The notes beneath the pieces were generated by a model that ran no database searches, had not been told where the DNA came from, and saw nothing but the letters and a program-made list of their open reading frames with translations. Positions 28,527 to 37,700 of a stretch of 64,000 nt of DNA are shown piece after piece (the stretch's first letter is position 1; the number at the start of each line of letters is the position of its first letter). The stretch is from positions 16,457 to 80,456 of the forward strand of contig JALHYA010000004.1 in NCBI GenBank assembly GCA_022868165.1, in the 5' to 3' direction. Origin of the DNA: Patescibacteria group bacterium (GTDB taxonomy: Bacteria > Patescibacteriota > Microgenomatia > UBA8517). A program made the position numbers and the translations under genes.

Positions 28527-29009
28527 TCAGCACCTGGCTTTGGAGAGAATGAATTTACGAATCTCGGGGGCGACATCGGAAGTAAATTTGTTAAGGACTT
28601 CCCCGGCCGGTACCCAGGCAATTTCGGCAATTTCATATGTTTCGCCATTTTTGGGAGTTTGATTTGCCTTGGGGGTGCAATCAAAATATGCAACTTCAAC
28701 AAAAGTATCGGGATGTTTGCGTTCCAAGAGTTTTTTTACAACCTTAACATCCAATCCGACTTCTTCTTTTGCTTCCCGGATAACCGCCTGCTCATCCGTT
28801 TCATCATCCTCAATAACGCCGCCCGGAAATGCCCACTCCAACTTAAGAAGTCTAACCTTTCTTCTTATGAGTAGAAATTTTCCGTCTTTGACAATCAAGG
28901 CAAGGACCACTTTGGGTTTAAAAACCCTTTTCTCTTTACGCATGAGGCTATTATACACCCGCTTTAATAGTTCTTCTTGCTTTTTTTGGACTCTTAATCG
29001 CTGTCGCAA
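28527..29009 (-). CDS. NUDIX hydrolase
   Basis: Nudix box 'GGVIEDDETDEQAVIREAKEEVGLDV'; true start may be the internal Met (~28943). Confidence 0.75.
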   Translation of the reverse strand: MRQRLRVQKKQEELLKRVYNSLMRKEKRVFKPKVVLALIVKDGKFLLIRRKVRLLKLEWAFPGGVIEDDETDEQAVIREAKEEVGLDVKVVKKLLERKHPDTFVEVAYFDCTPKANQTPKNGETYEIAEIAWVPAGEVLNKFTSDVAPEIRKFILSKARC

Positions 29010-29132
29010 TTCTTAGAAAAGAAGCGGTATTGGGGCTTCTGGGAATGCAGGAAAAGGCGGAATAATCTTCAAAGCATCCTTTTTACCGTTCCTTTTTGAT
29101 TATAGGATTAAGAATTGGTACAATTCGCACAT

Positions 29133-29687
29133 ATGGAGAGGATAGGTAGAAGGGACTTCCTTAAAATTATAAAAGTGGCGGGGGGAGGATTGATCTTGGC
29201 AGGCTGCGGGATTCCTACACCCCATCCAACTCCCGAGGCCGAAGAGGGAGAAATTTTTAGAGGAATAGTGGCAGATCCGGAAGATGGCTCTTTATGGGTT
29301 ATCCTTGATGAAGATTACAGAATTGTAGGAAGCTCGGCTGGAAGCTTCTATCGCTGGGTACCGGAAGAATCTATACCCGTAGATGAAAGACAAGATGGGG
29401 TAAGGTGGGGATTGTGGTCGAATAGGGAAGGGCGAGGAAGGATAAGGTTTATGAGGCTGGAAGGTTTTCAGGGAGATTTAAATTCTTCTATTTTCTTGGC
29501 GGATGCGAATAATGGAACTATCTGGAGAATGGTTGATAGAGACTACAAACTAGTTGGTAACTACCAAGGTATATTTGACGGTTGGGTGGATGAGGAAGAG
29601 GGAATTCGTAGCGGCAGATGGTCAAATAGAGAAGGTTATGGCACAGTCGGATTCGTGTGCATAGAAGAGCCGGAAGAGACTAAATAA
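29133..29687 (+). CDS. TAT-signal lipoprotein with two internal ~75-aa repeats, unknown function
   Basis: 'MERIGRRDFLKIIKVAGGGLILAGC' (twin-arginine motif + lipobox LAGC); repeats 'DGSLWVILDEDYRIVGSSAGSFYRWVPEE' / 'NGTIWRMVDRDYKLVGNYQGIFDGWVDEE' and 'WSNREGRGRIRFMRLE' / 'WSNREGYGTVGFVCIE'. Confidence 0.55.
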   Translation: MERIGRRDFLKIIKVAGGGLILAGCGIPTPHPTPEAEEGEIFRGIVADPEDGSLWVILDEDYRIVGSSAGSFYRWVPEESIPVDERQDGVRWGLWSNREGRGRIRFMRLEGFQGDLNSSIFLADANNGTIWRMVDRDYKLVGNYQGIFDGWVDEEEGIRSGRWSNREGYGTVGFVCIEEPEETK

Positions 29688-29750
29688 ATCCTCTAGTGGT
29701 AAAATAGTGACTAACTAAACCACTTGTTGGTTTTGAAGCGTTAACCTAAA

Positions 29751-31076
29751 ATGAGAGAAAGAATGCCTGAACAGAAGTCTGAAATAGTTGAGGTTCCCCA
29801 TGAGGAATTTGTAGCGCGGGCTATTGTCGAAAACGCCAGAAACATGGCCCGTTTTTCAATTGGCCAAACCCCGCCCCCCAACTTTGATTTGGAGAGAGCA
29901 ACCGATTTGGAAGTTGCAAGACATCTTTCTGATGTACAAGTTGACGACAAAAGTCTAGCACAAGATATAAAAGAGGCTCTTGATAGAAATCTCGCAGACC
30001 CGGATGAAGCTTTTCAGGCAGCAAGCCTGACAGTAGCCAAAGCCATAGCTACAGAAGAAGTCGTATTGCCGAATGAAAGAGGATTCTTTAAAAGAGTCTC
30101 CGATAAAGTGGCAAAAGAGATGGGTCAGCTTATCGCCTCAAAATCCGGGAAGAGAGGTTTAGCTGTAGTTTCTGGCCTTTCGCTTGTCGCCACCGCCTGC
30201 GGTCAGGTTGCCCAAGGAGCAGAACCCTTAAGGCCAATAGACCTTGAAACTCCGACTACCGTGGCCACAGAGGTCAGACCTACCAGCACTCCTTTTTCAC
30301 CGGTTCCGCCAACCGAAATAGCCACCCCCACCCCCGAAGCGGTTAGGGATGAGTGGCAGGTATCGGCAGACGGGCTTATTCTTTACAATGAAGCAGAGTT
30401 ATATGACGGGATGTTTACTATAAACCCGGAACGAACAGGATATCTTTACGAACAACTGATGCGGAGTCTTTATCAAATTAACGTGGCGGGGGAAAATATG
30501 CCCTTCTTAAGACAATTTCCGACTCTCGAAGCTTTTATTCAATATGCCCATACTGGACAACCCATAAATAATATGTGGATTGCCATTGACCACCCGGGAA
30601 GCGGGGTAAGGTACCTGTATCAAGCAACTTGGGCTCCAGTTGAACCCGTAGACCTTTCCTCAACGGCCGTTGCTATTGTCCATCTAACCTATGATGATAT
30701 CGTGCATCCTACCACCCGGGACGAAAGGCCATTCTTTCCCGTCGAGGAGGGCGTGGGCGAGCTGGTAATAGAAAGGGTGGAAATAAACGGCGGTTTTGTC
30801 ATAAGGTTTACTTTCCGGCAAAGTCTTTATGATGACTCGGACTATGGCACTTTAGGGCTGTCAGATGATTATCCTTCGGAGCATAATTTGGCGGCAATAA
30901 CCCAGCTTATGAATGCTTGGTCTTGGGAAGTCGACCATATGAGGGATGATGAGGACGATATTCGTATAACTGGTGCGACCCCGCCCATATTCAACATAAC
31001 CAAAAGTTGGCCCAGTGAGGGGGAATTTAGAGAAATGGCAGAAGATGTTGAGAACTCTCCTTTTGTGCTTCGTTAA
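29751..31076 (+). CDS. Hypothetical single-pass membrane protein (cytoplasmic N-domain, extracellular C-domain)
   Basis: 441 aa ORF, TM 'GLAVVSGLSLVATAC'. Confidence 0.45.
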   Translation: MRERMPEQKSEIVEVPHEEFVARAIVENARNMARFSIGQTPPPNFDLERATDLEVARHLSDVQVDDKSLAQDIKEALDRNLADPDEAFQAASLTVAKAIATEEVVLPNERGFFKRVSDKVAKEMGQLIASKSGKRGLAVVSGLSLVATACGQVAQGAEPLRPIDLETPTTVATEVRPTSTPFSPVPPTEIATPTPEAVRDEWQVSADGLILYNEAELYDGMFTINPERTGYLYEQLMRSLYQINVAGENMPFLRQFPTLEAFIQYAHTGQPINNMWIAIDHPGSGVRYLYQATWAPVEPVDLSSTAVAIVHLTYDDIVHPTTRDERPFFPVEEGVGELVIERVEINGGFVIRFTFRQSLYDDSDYGTLGLSDDYPSEHNLAAITQLMNAWSWEVDHMRDDEDDIRITGATPPIFNITKSWPSEGEFREMAEDVENSPFVLR

Positions 31077-31122
31077 GTCACTTGAAAGATTTACCTTTTT
31101 TTGTAAAGATTAAGGTAGGTAT

Positions 31123-31641
31123 ATGAATAAGCTTCTTTATATTCTATTTGGTATAGTATTTGTCCTTGCTACTGTTTTAGGGGTGTTGTATGAAAGACGG
31201 GGAGGCTTGGTATTTTTGAGTAAAGACAAAATAAACTTCATAAGTAGTAAGAGCGGATTTGAGTGGGAAGTAAACGAAGATTTTGTGCGTTCGCTCGAAG
31301 AGTTGATTAGGACGAAAGAGGGCTCCGAATCGAAGAAAGTATTGGTAGTTCTCTCCTCCGAATTCAAACAAACACCCGAAGGTGGGGGATATGGAGAGCT
31401 TGAACCGTTTGTTTATGCAGAGTGGAGTTCTTCTGGAAATCGGGATACTTTAAATATCTACCTTGATGGCAATATTTGGAAGCAAATAGAAGAAAAGAAG
31501 AGAAATACCCCTGTGTCTTATCTGATATCTCAACAAATTCTGCAACACTTTGAGATGACCGATGAACCTTTAGAGAAGATTACTGAAGATATTTTTAACA
31601 ATGGACCAAAAATTTCTATTAAGGAAAGTTCAATTTTTTAA
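31123..31641 (+). CDS. Hypothetical N-terminally anchored protein
   Basis: 172 aa, N-terminal TM. Confidence 0.4.
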   Translation: MNKLLYILFGIVFVLATVLGVLYERRGGLVFLSKDKINFISSKSGFEWEVNEDFVRSLEELIRTKEGSESKKVLVVLSSEFKQTPEGGGYGELEPFVYAEWSSSGNRDTLNIYLDGNIWKQIEEKKRNTPVSYLISQQILQHFEMTDEPLEKITEDIFNNGPKISIKESSIF

Positions 31642-31648
31642 ATTTGCC

Positions 31649-33265
31649 ATGAGGAAACTAATATTGCTAATCTTTTCAGGTTTGATCTTTATTGCATTAT
31701 TTGTTGTCCCCAAAAACATTCAGGCTGCTTGTACTGGTAATACGAAATGCGCACCTTATAGTGGAGGCCATTGTTGGTGGGAGGAGAGTATGTACTATAC
31801 AGTAGGCTGTACCGCCTCGCCACAGTGCGAGGGGAATCCCTGTAATAAGGCCATTTGCCTAGTATCCGATACCTGTGCTTATGTCTGTAATCCTGGTGCA
31901 ACAACTTGTGGTCCTTGTTCCAAAACTTGTGGAGGAGGAATAAGTCTCTGTACGAATGGGTGTAGTTCGTGGAATGTGAATTGTAATACCCAGGCTTGTC
32001 CTCCGCCTGGCTGTCTTTGTGGTAACTGGGTGGACGGCGCCTGCGGTGTTGGTTTATGCGGCTCCAGCGAGCGGCAGCAAACAAGAACCTGTGTCCCTGC
32101 CGCCTGTGCCGCCGAAACCCAATGCGTTGTCGATCCAACTTGTACACTTCCTTCCAGTTGCACCGTTGATCTTCTACCGGCAACAGCCACAACATCAGTG
32201 GGCTCAAGCGTAACGCTTACGGCTTCGGTTACGGTAGGAAGTGGAACCGTTGACCAGGTAAATTTCACTTCTGCCAATACGGGGATTCTTACGGTAAGCC
32301 CGGCTTCCGACAGCACCGTGACGTATCAAACGCAGGCAACAGGGGTGGCCATTGGTTCAACTACCGTATCCACAGAGGTGATTATGGGCGGGGTTTCAAC
32401 TTGCGCTGATAGTGCTGGGTTAGGCGGAGGCACAGTTGTTAATGTGACTTCCGCAGGCCCTTGGTGGCAGGTGATTGATGCGGATATTACAACAAATGGA
32501 AGCATAACATCCAGCATTCCTGGAACTTGCGCCTTGCCGGGATGTAATCCCTTGTTTGATTTGGTCGGCCCCGGAGGCTATCCTGGTGTGCCTGCTTACG
32601 GGGGAACGGCAAGTTTTAGTACAGGCACGGTTTCTACTATTGGATGGCTGGCAAACACTTTAAGTCTAACTTCCAATAACCGGCAATATGCATATGCCTG
32701 GTTTAAGAGACTGATTCCTTCGGATGTAACTATGAATGAGATAACTTCACCTTCCATTGACGGCACCGAGCTTTCTTCAGGGGGAACGGCCAGTGGGGGA
32801 TACTATTATTACCGTTATGACGGCTCAAGCGGGCTGGATTTAACCATAAACACCGATGCTTCGTTGGGCACAAGAAAGGTAATTTTGCTGGTGGACGGGG
32901 CAGATTTGAACCTAAACGCAAGGATTAACTTCACAAAGGGACAGGGATTCTTTATGGCTTTTGTCGGCAAAACCCTGCTGGGGGCCAAGGGTAACATCAA
33001 TGTTTCTTCAACGCTTGGCGGAGGAGTCACACCCCATCTTGAAGGATTGTATGAAGCCGATGGCGCTTTCCATTCAGGAGCAGGAACAACACAGCTTTAT
33101 ATTCGCGGGTCTGTTGCGGCATATGGGGGAATGAATTTGGAACGGAATTTGACCGATAATTCCGCCACCCCGGCCGAAGTCTTTGAATACGCGCCCGATT
33201 TAATCTTCACCTATCCCTATAAACTTAGGGAAAGAAGGATCTTCTGGCAAGAAGTAGCCCCATAG
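31649..33265 (+). CDS. Cys-rich secreted adhesin-like protein (TSP1-like Cys-knot repeats, Ig-like domain, beta-helix-like C-terminus)
   Basis: Signal anchor 'MRKLILLIFSGLIFIALFVVPKNIQA'; 'CGPCSKTCGGGISLCTNGCSSW' resembles thrombospondin type-1 repeat cores; 'LTASVTVGSGTVDQVNFTSANTGILTVSP' Big-2-like. Its last 119 bp are duplicated at 39509-39627. Confidence 0.55.
   Translation: MRKLILLIFSGLIFIALFVVPKNIQAACTGNTKCAPYSGGHCWWEESMYYTVGCTASPQCEGNPCNKAICLVSDTCAYVCNPGATTCGPCSKTCGGGISLCTNGCSSWNVNCNTQACPPPGCLCGNWVDGACGVGLCGSSERQQTRTCVPAACAAETQCVVDPTCTLPSSCTVDLLPATATTSVGSSVTLTASVTVGSGTVDQVNFTSANTGILTVSPASDSTVTYQTQATGVAIGSTTVSTEVIMGGVSTCADSAGLGGGTVVNVTSAGPWWQVIDADITTNGSITSSIPGTCALPGCNPLFDLVGPGGYPGVPAYGGTASFSTGTVSTIGWLANTLSLTSNNRQYAYAWFKRLIPSDVTMNEITSPSIDGTELSSGGTASGGYYYYRYDGSSGLDLTINTDASLGTRKVILLVDGADLNLNARINFTKGQGFFMAFVGKTLLGAKGNINVSSTLGGGVTPHLEGLYEADGAFHSGAGTTQLYIRGSVAAYGGMNLERNLTDNSATPAEVFEYAPDLIFTYPYKLRERRIFWQEVAP
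33147..33265 (+). repeat. 119-bp direct repeat, copy 1 (3' end of the adhesin-like CDS incl. stop) = putative attL
   Basis: 100% identical to 39509-39627. Confidence 0.85.
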
Positions 33266-33306
33266 TCTCAAATCCCGAAGTTCTGAAAGTTGCAGGCGAC
33301 ACAAAA

Positions 33307-33336
33307 TTGGACGATAGGCGAGTTGGGCCTTATAAT
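33307..33336 (+). promoter_or_regulatory. Sigma70-like promoter: TTGGAC (33307-33312) - 18 bp - TATAAT (33331-33336) driving the greA-like/adk operon
   Basis: Good match to the -35/-10 consensus with 18-bp spacer, 20 nt upstream of ATG 33357. Confidence 0.5.
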
Positions 33337-33356
33337 AGTTTCTCAATAGTATATAT

Positions 33357-33923
33357 ATGGTAGACATCGACAGACTCAGGACATTGCCTGGAGAGGAATT
33401 GGTAAGGCTCGCTTTAAAAGGTGAGGTTATTCTAGCCAGCGAAGAAGGCATTGGAATTCTTGATGGCCAAATCGACCGAACAAAAAATGAAGCAGCTTCG
33501 CTTAAGCTAAGGCTAGGAGAAGTCGCTCGCCAGGACCCAGATTTGCCGGAAAATATAGAATTTAAGGAAATCAAAACCAAGTTACAGTTTGAGATCCCCA
33601 GAAAATTAGACGACTTGGGAAGGAAAAAAGCAAAAACAATAGTCTTTCAAGAAAACCAGGATGGAGCTATCCGTTTTGGAACTCTATTTGAAGCTCGGAT
33701 AGAGTATCCCACTGAGACTACCTCTGGGGTATTTGTTTTTTTGGGACCCATAGAAGCAGCCGCCGGAAAAATTGAGGCCAAACCTGAGGCCCAAGTTATT
33801 TCTTACCTGTCTGTAGTCGGAAAGGCTTTATGGGGTTATGATCCAAATAGTGGTAAACCGGTTCAGTTTGAGACGCCAGCTGGCAAGGCTACTTGTATTG
33901 TTAAAAAAGTTTTCAAGCCGTAA
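33357..33923 (+). CDS. GreA/GreB-family transcript cleavage factor homolog with divergent N-terminal coiled coil
   Basis: C-terminal FKBP-like domain: 'ISYLSVVGKALWGYDPNSGKPVQFETPAGKATCIVKKV' vs GreA '[36 protein letters not shown]'. Confidence 0.55.
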   Translation: MVDIDRLRTLPGEELVRLALKGEVILASEEGIGILDGQIDRTKNEAASLKLRLGEVARQDPDLPENIEFKEIKTKLQFEIPRKLDDLGRKKAKTIVFQENQDGAIRFGTLFEARIEYPTETTSGVFVFLGPIEAAAGKIEAKPEAQVISYLSVVGKALWGYDPNSGKPVQFETPAGKATCIVKKVFKP

Positions 33924-34585
33924 TGATCGAGTCCAAAGAAAGTTCATATCTTTTGTATGGTCCTCCCGCAAGTGGTAAAACTGCACTTGCCCTCGAATTA
34001 AGCAGGAGGATTGCCAAGGAGTACATTTCAGTTGGCGAGCTTACTCGTAGGGAAATCGAATTAGGAACACCTAGGGGTAAAAGACTTCAGAGGTGTTTAG
34101 ACGAAGTTACCGAATATCCAATAGAGTTAATTACAGGATTGGTAGAGGAGAGCATTGTTGCTTGTATGTCGGCGGGCGAGAATTTCATTTTAGATGGTTT
34201 TCCTAAATATGCCCAAGAGGCTCGAGCGTTCGTAAAACTATTAGAAAAACACAGGATTCTCCTAGATGCAGCAATTGTAATTGACCTACCCGTTGAAGGA
34301 GCTTTTGTGCGAGTTCTTAACAGAAGAATTTGTGTTTCCTGTCTAGCGCAAACAGAAGATGGCGGACAAATATGTCCGCAATGTGGAGATGCCCTTACTA
34401 TAAGAGACGACGATATCCCACCCATATTTAAAAGAAGGTATAATGACTATAAGGACTCAATAGACGAAACACTTAGAATTATCGGACCATTTTGTAAGAG
34501 GATAATCCACATACAGGGCTCACAAAGCAAAGAAGATTTATTTAATTTGCTGTATATAAAATTATCCCTTTCCATGCCCGAGTAG
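33923..34585 (+). CDS. adk: Adenylate kinase-like NMP kinase with Zn-binding LID
   Basis: P-loop 'GPPASGKT', 'DGFPK', LID 'CVSCLAQTEDGGQICPQCG...RDDD'. Confidence 0.6.
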   Translation: MIESKESSYLLYGPPASGKTALALELSRRIAKEYISVGELTRREIELGTPRGKRLQRCLDEVTEYPIELITGLVEESIVACMSAGENFILDGFPKYAQEARAFVKLLEKHRILLDAAIVIDLPVEGAFVRVLNRRICVSCLAQTEDGGQICPQCGDALTIRDDDIPPIFKRRYNDYKDSIDETLRIIGPFCKRIIHIQGSQSKEDLFNLLYIKLSLSMPE

Positions 34586-34651
34586 CTCAGCAGAGAGAGC
34601 GGTTGCGTTGTAAGCAACAGGTCGATGGTTCAAGTCCATCCTCGGGCTCCA
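34576..34651 (+). tRNA. tRNA-Thr (anticodon TGT), CCA encoded
   Basis: Cloverleaf: acceptor gcccgag/ctcgggc, anticodon stem gttgc/gcaac with loop gtTGTaa, T-arm gatgg-ttcaagt-ccatc; 76 nt. Confidence 0.85.
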
Positions 34652-34658
34652 ACAGTTT

Positions 34659-35576
34659 ATGAAAAATAAGGCCATTTTTACTTGGAAAGAGATCGTAGAA
34701 CTTTTAACTGGAAATGGTCACGCGGTTTCTTGTGCAGACATGAGTTCTCTGATTACATACTCCAGACAGCGTGGAATAGGCACGGCTATTTCTTATCAAA
34801 AAACCTCGTACTCAGAAGAAGGCTTGAAAAATCTTAAACGACTTGTTCGGTGGTGGATTTATCTAGACGATTTCACTATCCCCGAGTGGAGAAACGCTAT
34901 TATTACAAAAAAGATTCAAAAAATAGTTGTCGGCTCGTTAAAAAATAACTTACCTCTGACTTTGTACGCAGTATTCTGTCCTTCCTACAAAAAAGGGGTT
35001 GGAGTATCTGGATATACTGGGAAATTAGGAATGCATACCAAAAGGTATATTCAAAAAATGTCAGAATTCGTTCTTTCCACGGAAGATGCGGGCTTGAAAG
35101 TAAAAGGGACAGCCTTTTTTAGCGACCTTCTTTTAGAAAATTACAAAAGACTTGTCGGAACGAACTATAAAAAGGATCTCGCGTCCAACTTTCGAGAATT
35201 CAAAAAAGATATTAAAAAAAACAGTAAAGGAAAAATAAAAAGTGCTCTTTTGTCATCTATCATGGCCCTTAAGCGTGATGTCGGGGAGAAAGGGATAAAG
35301 ACTGGCCCTTTGGGGATATCAGGTGAGCTTTTTAATACGGTCTTTAAGAGGAATAGAGTTTTTTATACAAACCAGCTTGGCTGGTCGGAGCCCATGGTAA
35401 AAGAAAGAACGGAGGTCTTGGCCAGAAGTTACGCAAAACTTGGGGAATACTTTAGGAAGAAATATCCCGAGGGAATTATGTTTTGGGTAGAGAGTGCTTA
35501 CGAGAGGGGTGCCATGTATAGCGGAAACAATCAGCAGGACCCTATTCCAATAATTTATCCCAAAAAAGATGAATGA
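34659..35576 (+). CDS. Hypothetical protein (305 aa), first gene of a tightly packed 5-gene operon
   Basis: ORF with 8-bp overlap to the next gene; no recognisable motif. Confidence 0.45.
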   Translation: MKNKAIFTWKEIVELLTGNGHAVSCADMSSLITYSRQRGIGTAISYQKTSYSEEGLKNLKRLVRWWIYLDDFTIPEWRNAIITKKIQKIVVGSLKNNLPLTLYAVFCPSYKKGVGVSGYTGKLGMHTKRYIQKMSEFVLSTEDAGLKVKGTAFFSDLLLENYKRLVGTNYKKDLASNFREFKKDIKKNSKGKIKSALLSSIMALKRDVGEKGIKTGPLGISGELFNTVFKRNRVFYTNQLGWSEPMVKERTEVLARSYAKLGEYFRKKYPEGIMFWVESAYERGAMYSGNNQQDPIPIIYPKKDE

Positions 35577-36546
35577 CAATTCCAAAATAGAGGGGCTTCT
35601 AAGCAACTTGGAACTTGAGTGGTTTAGGCTGGGCCGAGATTTCCACCTCGATTTTGAATTTCTTACAAATCTTTACAGCAAGGAGAAAAAACATATTTTC
35701 GAACATAGCCCCTATCATGTACTCTCCTATTTACGATTCAAAAACCAGCTCTACGGTATTTCAGGCAGATTTGGTTCTCTAGTTTTGGTTTCGAGAAAAG
35801 ATGACAAATTTCTATTTACCCCTCGCATTGACGACTTTAAATCATTCGAGCTTTTTATCAAAGCAATTAAAAGGAGCCTCGGGGTTACCAAAATTGAAAT
35901 TCGGAACGTCAGTGAGCAATGGTTACAATCATTCCTGGTGAATGTATCAAATGTTGCGAAAAGGGGGATGTCTGTGAAAGAGCGCTCAAGGGAGGAGGCT
36001 ATCTATGATGTCGACCTGTTGTGCGAACTCCGCGGAAAAGATTTTGCAGGGATTAGACAATCCAGAAATAAGTTGTTAAACAGTGGAAGTATTCAGTTTA
36101 AGCCCTTTACTAAAATTTCCTTAAAGGACGGTGTAGGGGTCTTAAATAAATGGCAGAAAGTCCAAGGTTGGAAGTATGTTAAAGAGAGAATAGAGAAAGA
36201 GAAATATGTACTTGCGAGATTTTTTGATTTTTCTCGGTTAACAAAGAATGTATTGTGTGGGGTTGGCTATTATAAGGAAGTGCCTTTAAGTATTCTGGTT
36301 ATGCACCTTGTTCCAAACGGGGAAAAAAGCGGAACAATCTACCTACTTAAAGGAATAAACAGGCCTTCTGACGGGGGCACCCATGGAATATCAGATGCTA
36401 CTTACTGTTACGCTTTCCTTAGAGCTAAGGAGATGGGTATAAAATACCTCAATGATGGAGAATTGGGAACAGAAGAGGGTACAAGGAGACACAAACTCAA
36501 TTTTAAGCCGATAGAATTTCTCAAATCCTACGACGTTTTGCTCTAA
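35569..36546 (+). CDS. Hypothetical protein (325 aa); weak resemblance to GNAT-fold/aminoacyl-transferase-like (DUF2156-type) proteins
   Basis: ORF in operon; similarity judged by eye only. Confidence 0.4.
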   Translation: MNDNSKIEGLLSNLELEWFRLGRDFHLDFEFLTNLYSKEKKHIFEHSPYHVLSYLRFKNQLYGISGRFGSLVLVSRKDDKFLFTPRIDDFKSFELFIKAIKRSLGVTKIEIRNVSEQWLQSFLVNVSNVAKRGMSVKERSREEAIYDVDLLCELRGKDFAGIRQSRNKLLNSGSIQFKPFTKISLKDGVGVLNKWQKVQGWKYVKERIEKEKYVLARFFDFSRLTKNVLCGVGYYKEVPLSILVMHLVPNGEKSGTIYLLKGINRPSDGGTHGISDATYCYAFLRAKEMGIKYLNDGELGTEEGTRRHKLNFKPIEFLKSYDVLL

Positions 36547-36548
36547 AT

Positions 36549-37688
36549 ATGAAACAGCTAAGAACGAATGAGTTTTATAACGAGATCGAATTTGAAAAAA
36601 TTTTCCCCCCTCAACTTTATGAAAATTTCAACTCTGAATTGCCAGCACCACTAAATGGACGGACAACAATTTTCACCTTATATGGCAGAAATGCTCTGTA
36701 CCTTGGTGCGAGAGAGATGTTAAATTTGACTAAAAGAAACATTGTGCTAGTTCCGGCCTACTCGTGTGGGGATGAAATAGCTCCATTTGTAGCTTCCGGT
36801 TGCAGAATTAAAGCTTACCGTGTACACCCTGAAACCTTGCAGGTAGATAAAAAGGATATTGAGCAGAAATTGGATCAGAATGTTTCTGCGGTTTTGATAA
36901 CACACTATTTTGGTTTTCCTCAAAAGGAAATAGAAATTATAAAAAAGATATGTGGAGAAAGGGGAGTCGTACTTATTGAAGACTGTGCCCACGCTTTTGC
37001 GGGTGGATTTAAAAACATCCCCCTAGGTGCTTTTGGGGACTTTTCCATTTTTAGTTTAAGAAAGTTTTTGCCTATTCCGCATGGGGGAGCTCTGGTCATA
37101 AATAACACGAAGATAAACAGACCAAATCCCCTCCCGCCACCGGCTACGGCAGTAAATCTTGACCTTTTTCTTTATTCGGGTTACCAGGCTGGTATTTTTA
37201 CGCGAGGAATAAACATTCAGGACACACTCGATATGGTAGGTGTCAAACAAAAAGATTTACATGGCCCACGGCTAAAAGAGTTTGGTGGTTATAATTTAGG
37301 TCTTTCCAATGTTGCAAAAGTTCTAATCGCATTTATTGCAAAGCAGAAATTGTGGACAAAGAGAAGATCAAACTTTCTTTATTATTTGGACTTTTTCGAA
37401 AAGAATTCGCATAAATCGGTGCAACCGCTGTTTGAATTCCTTGAGAAAGGGGTAGTACCTTTATTTTTTCCTGTTCTAGTAAACGACTCTGAAGAGATAT
37501 ATAAAAGATTGAGAGACAAGGGCCTTTTTGCTGGACAACCATTCTGGTCTGATTCCCATACCTATTTCAACTGGGCTGATTTTTCGCCCTTAAACGAGCT
37601 GAAGAAGAAGGTTATGGTTTTGCCAGTGAATCATAGAGTCCATTATCGAGACTTAAAGCGTTTCCTTGAAGTTTCAGACTATAGGTAG
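36549..37688 (+). CDS. DegT/DnrJ/EryC1/StrS-family PLP-dependent aminotransferase-like protein
   Basis: 'VPAYSCGDEIAPFVASGCRIKAYRV...VSAVLITHYFGFPQKEIEIIKKICGERGVVLIEDCAHAFAG' matches the DegT-family core. Confidence 0.6.
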   Translation: MKQLRTNEFYNEIEFEKIFPPQLYENFNSELPAPLNGRTTIFTLYGRNALYLGAREMLNLTKRNIVLVPAYSCGDEIAPFVASGCRIKAYRVHPETLQVDKKDIEQKLDQNVSAVLITHYFGFPQKEIEIIKKICGERGVVLIEDCAHAFAGGFKNIPLGAFGDFSIFSLRKFLPIPHGGALVINNTKINRPNPLPPPATAVNLDLFLYSGYQAGIFTRGINIQDTLDMVGVKQKDLHGPRLKEFGGYNLGLSNVAKVLIAFIAKQKLWTKRRSNFLYYLDFFEKNSHKSVQPLFEFLEKGVVPLFFPVLVNDSEEIYKRLRDKGLFAGQPFWSDSHTYFNWADFSPLNELKKKVMVLPVNHRVHYRDLKRFLEVSDYR

Positions 37689-37700
37689 TATAATTCTTTT

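Noticed and set aside
31870-32000. Calling the adhesin repeats true thrombospondin type-1 domains
   Set aside because: Only the CSxTCGGG core and Cys spacing resemble TSP1, and the WxxW motif is absent. Described as 'TSP1-like Cys-knot repeats' rather than asserted.
34659-36546. Assigning the two unknown operon proteins to cyclodipeptide-synthase or MprF/FemAB-like aminoacyl-tRNA transferases (tempting because tRNA-Thr sits directly upstream)
   Set aside because: The catalytic signatures of those families could not be confirmed by eye. Left as hypothetical proteins with a note.
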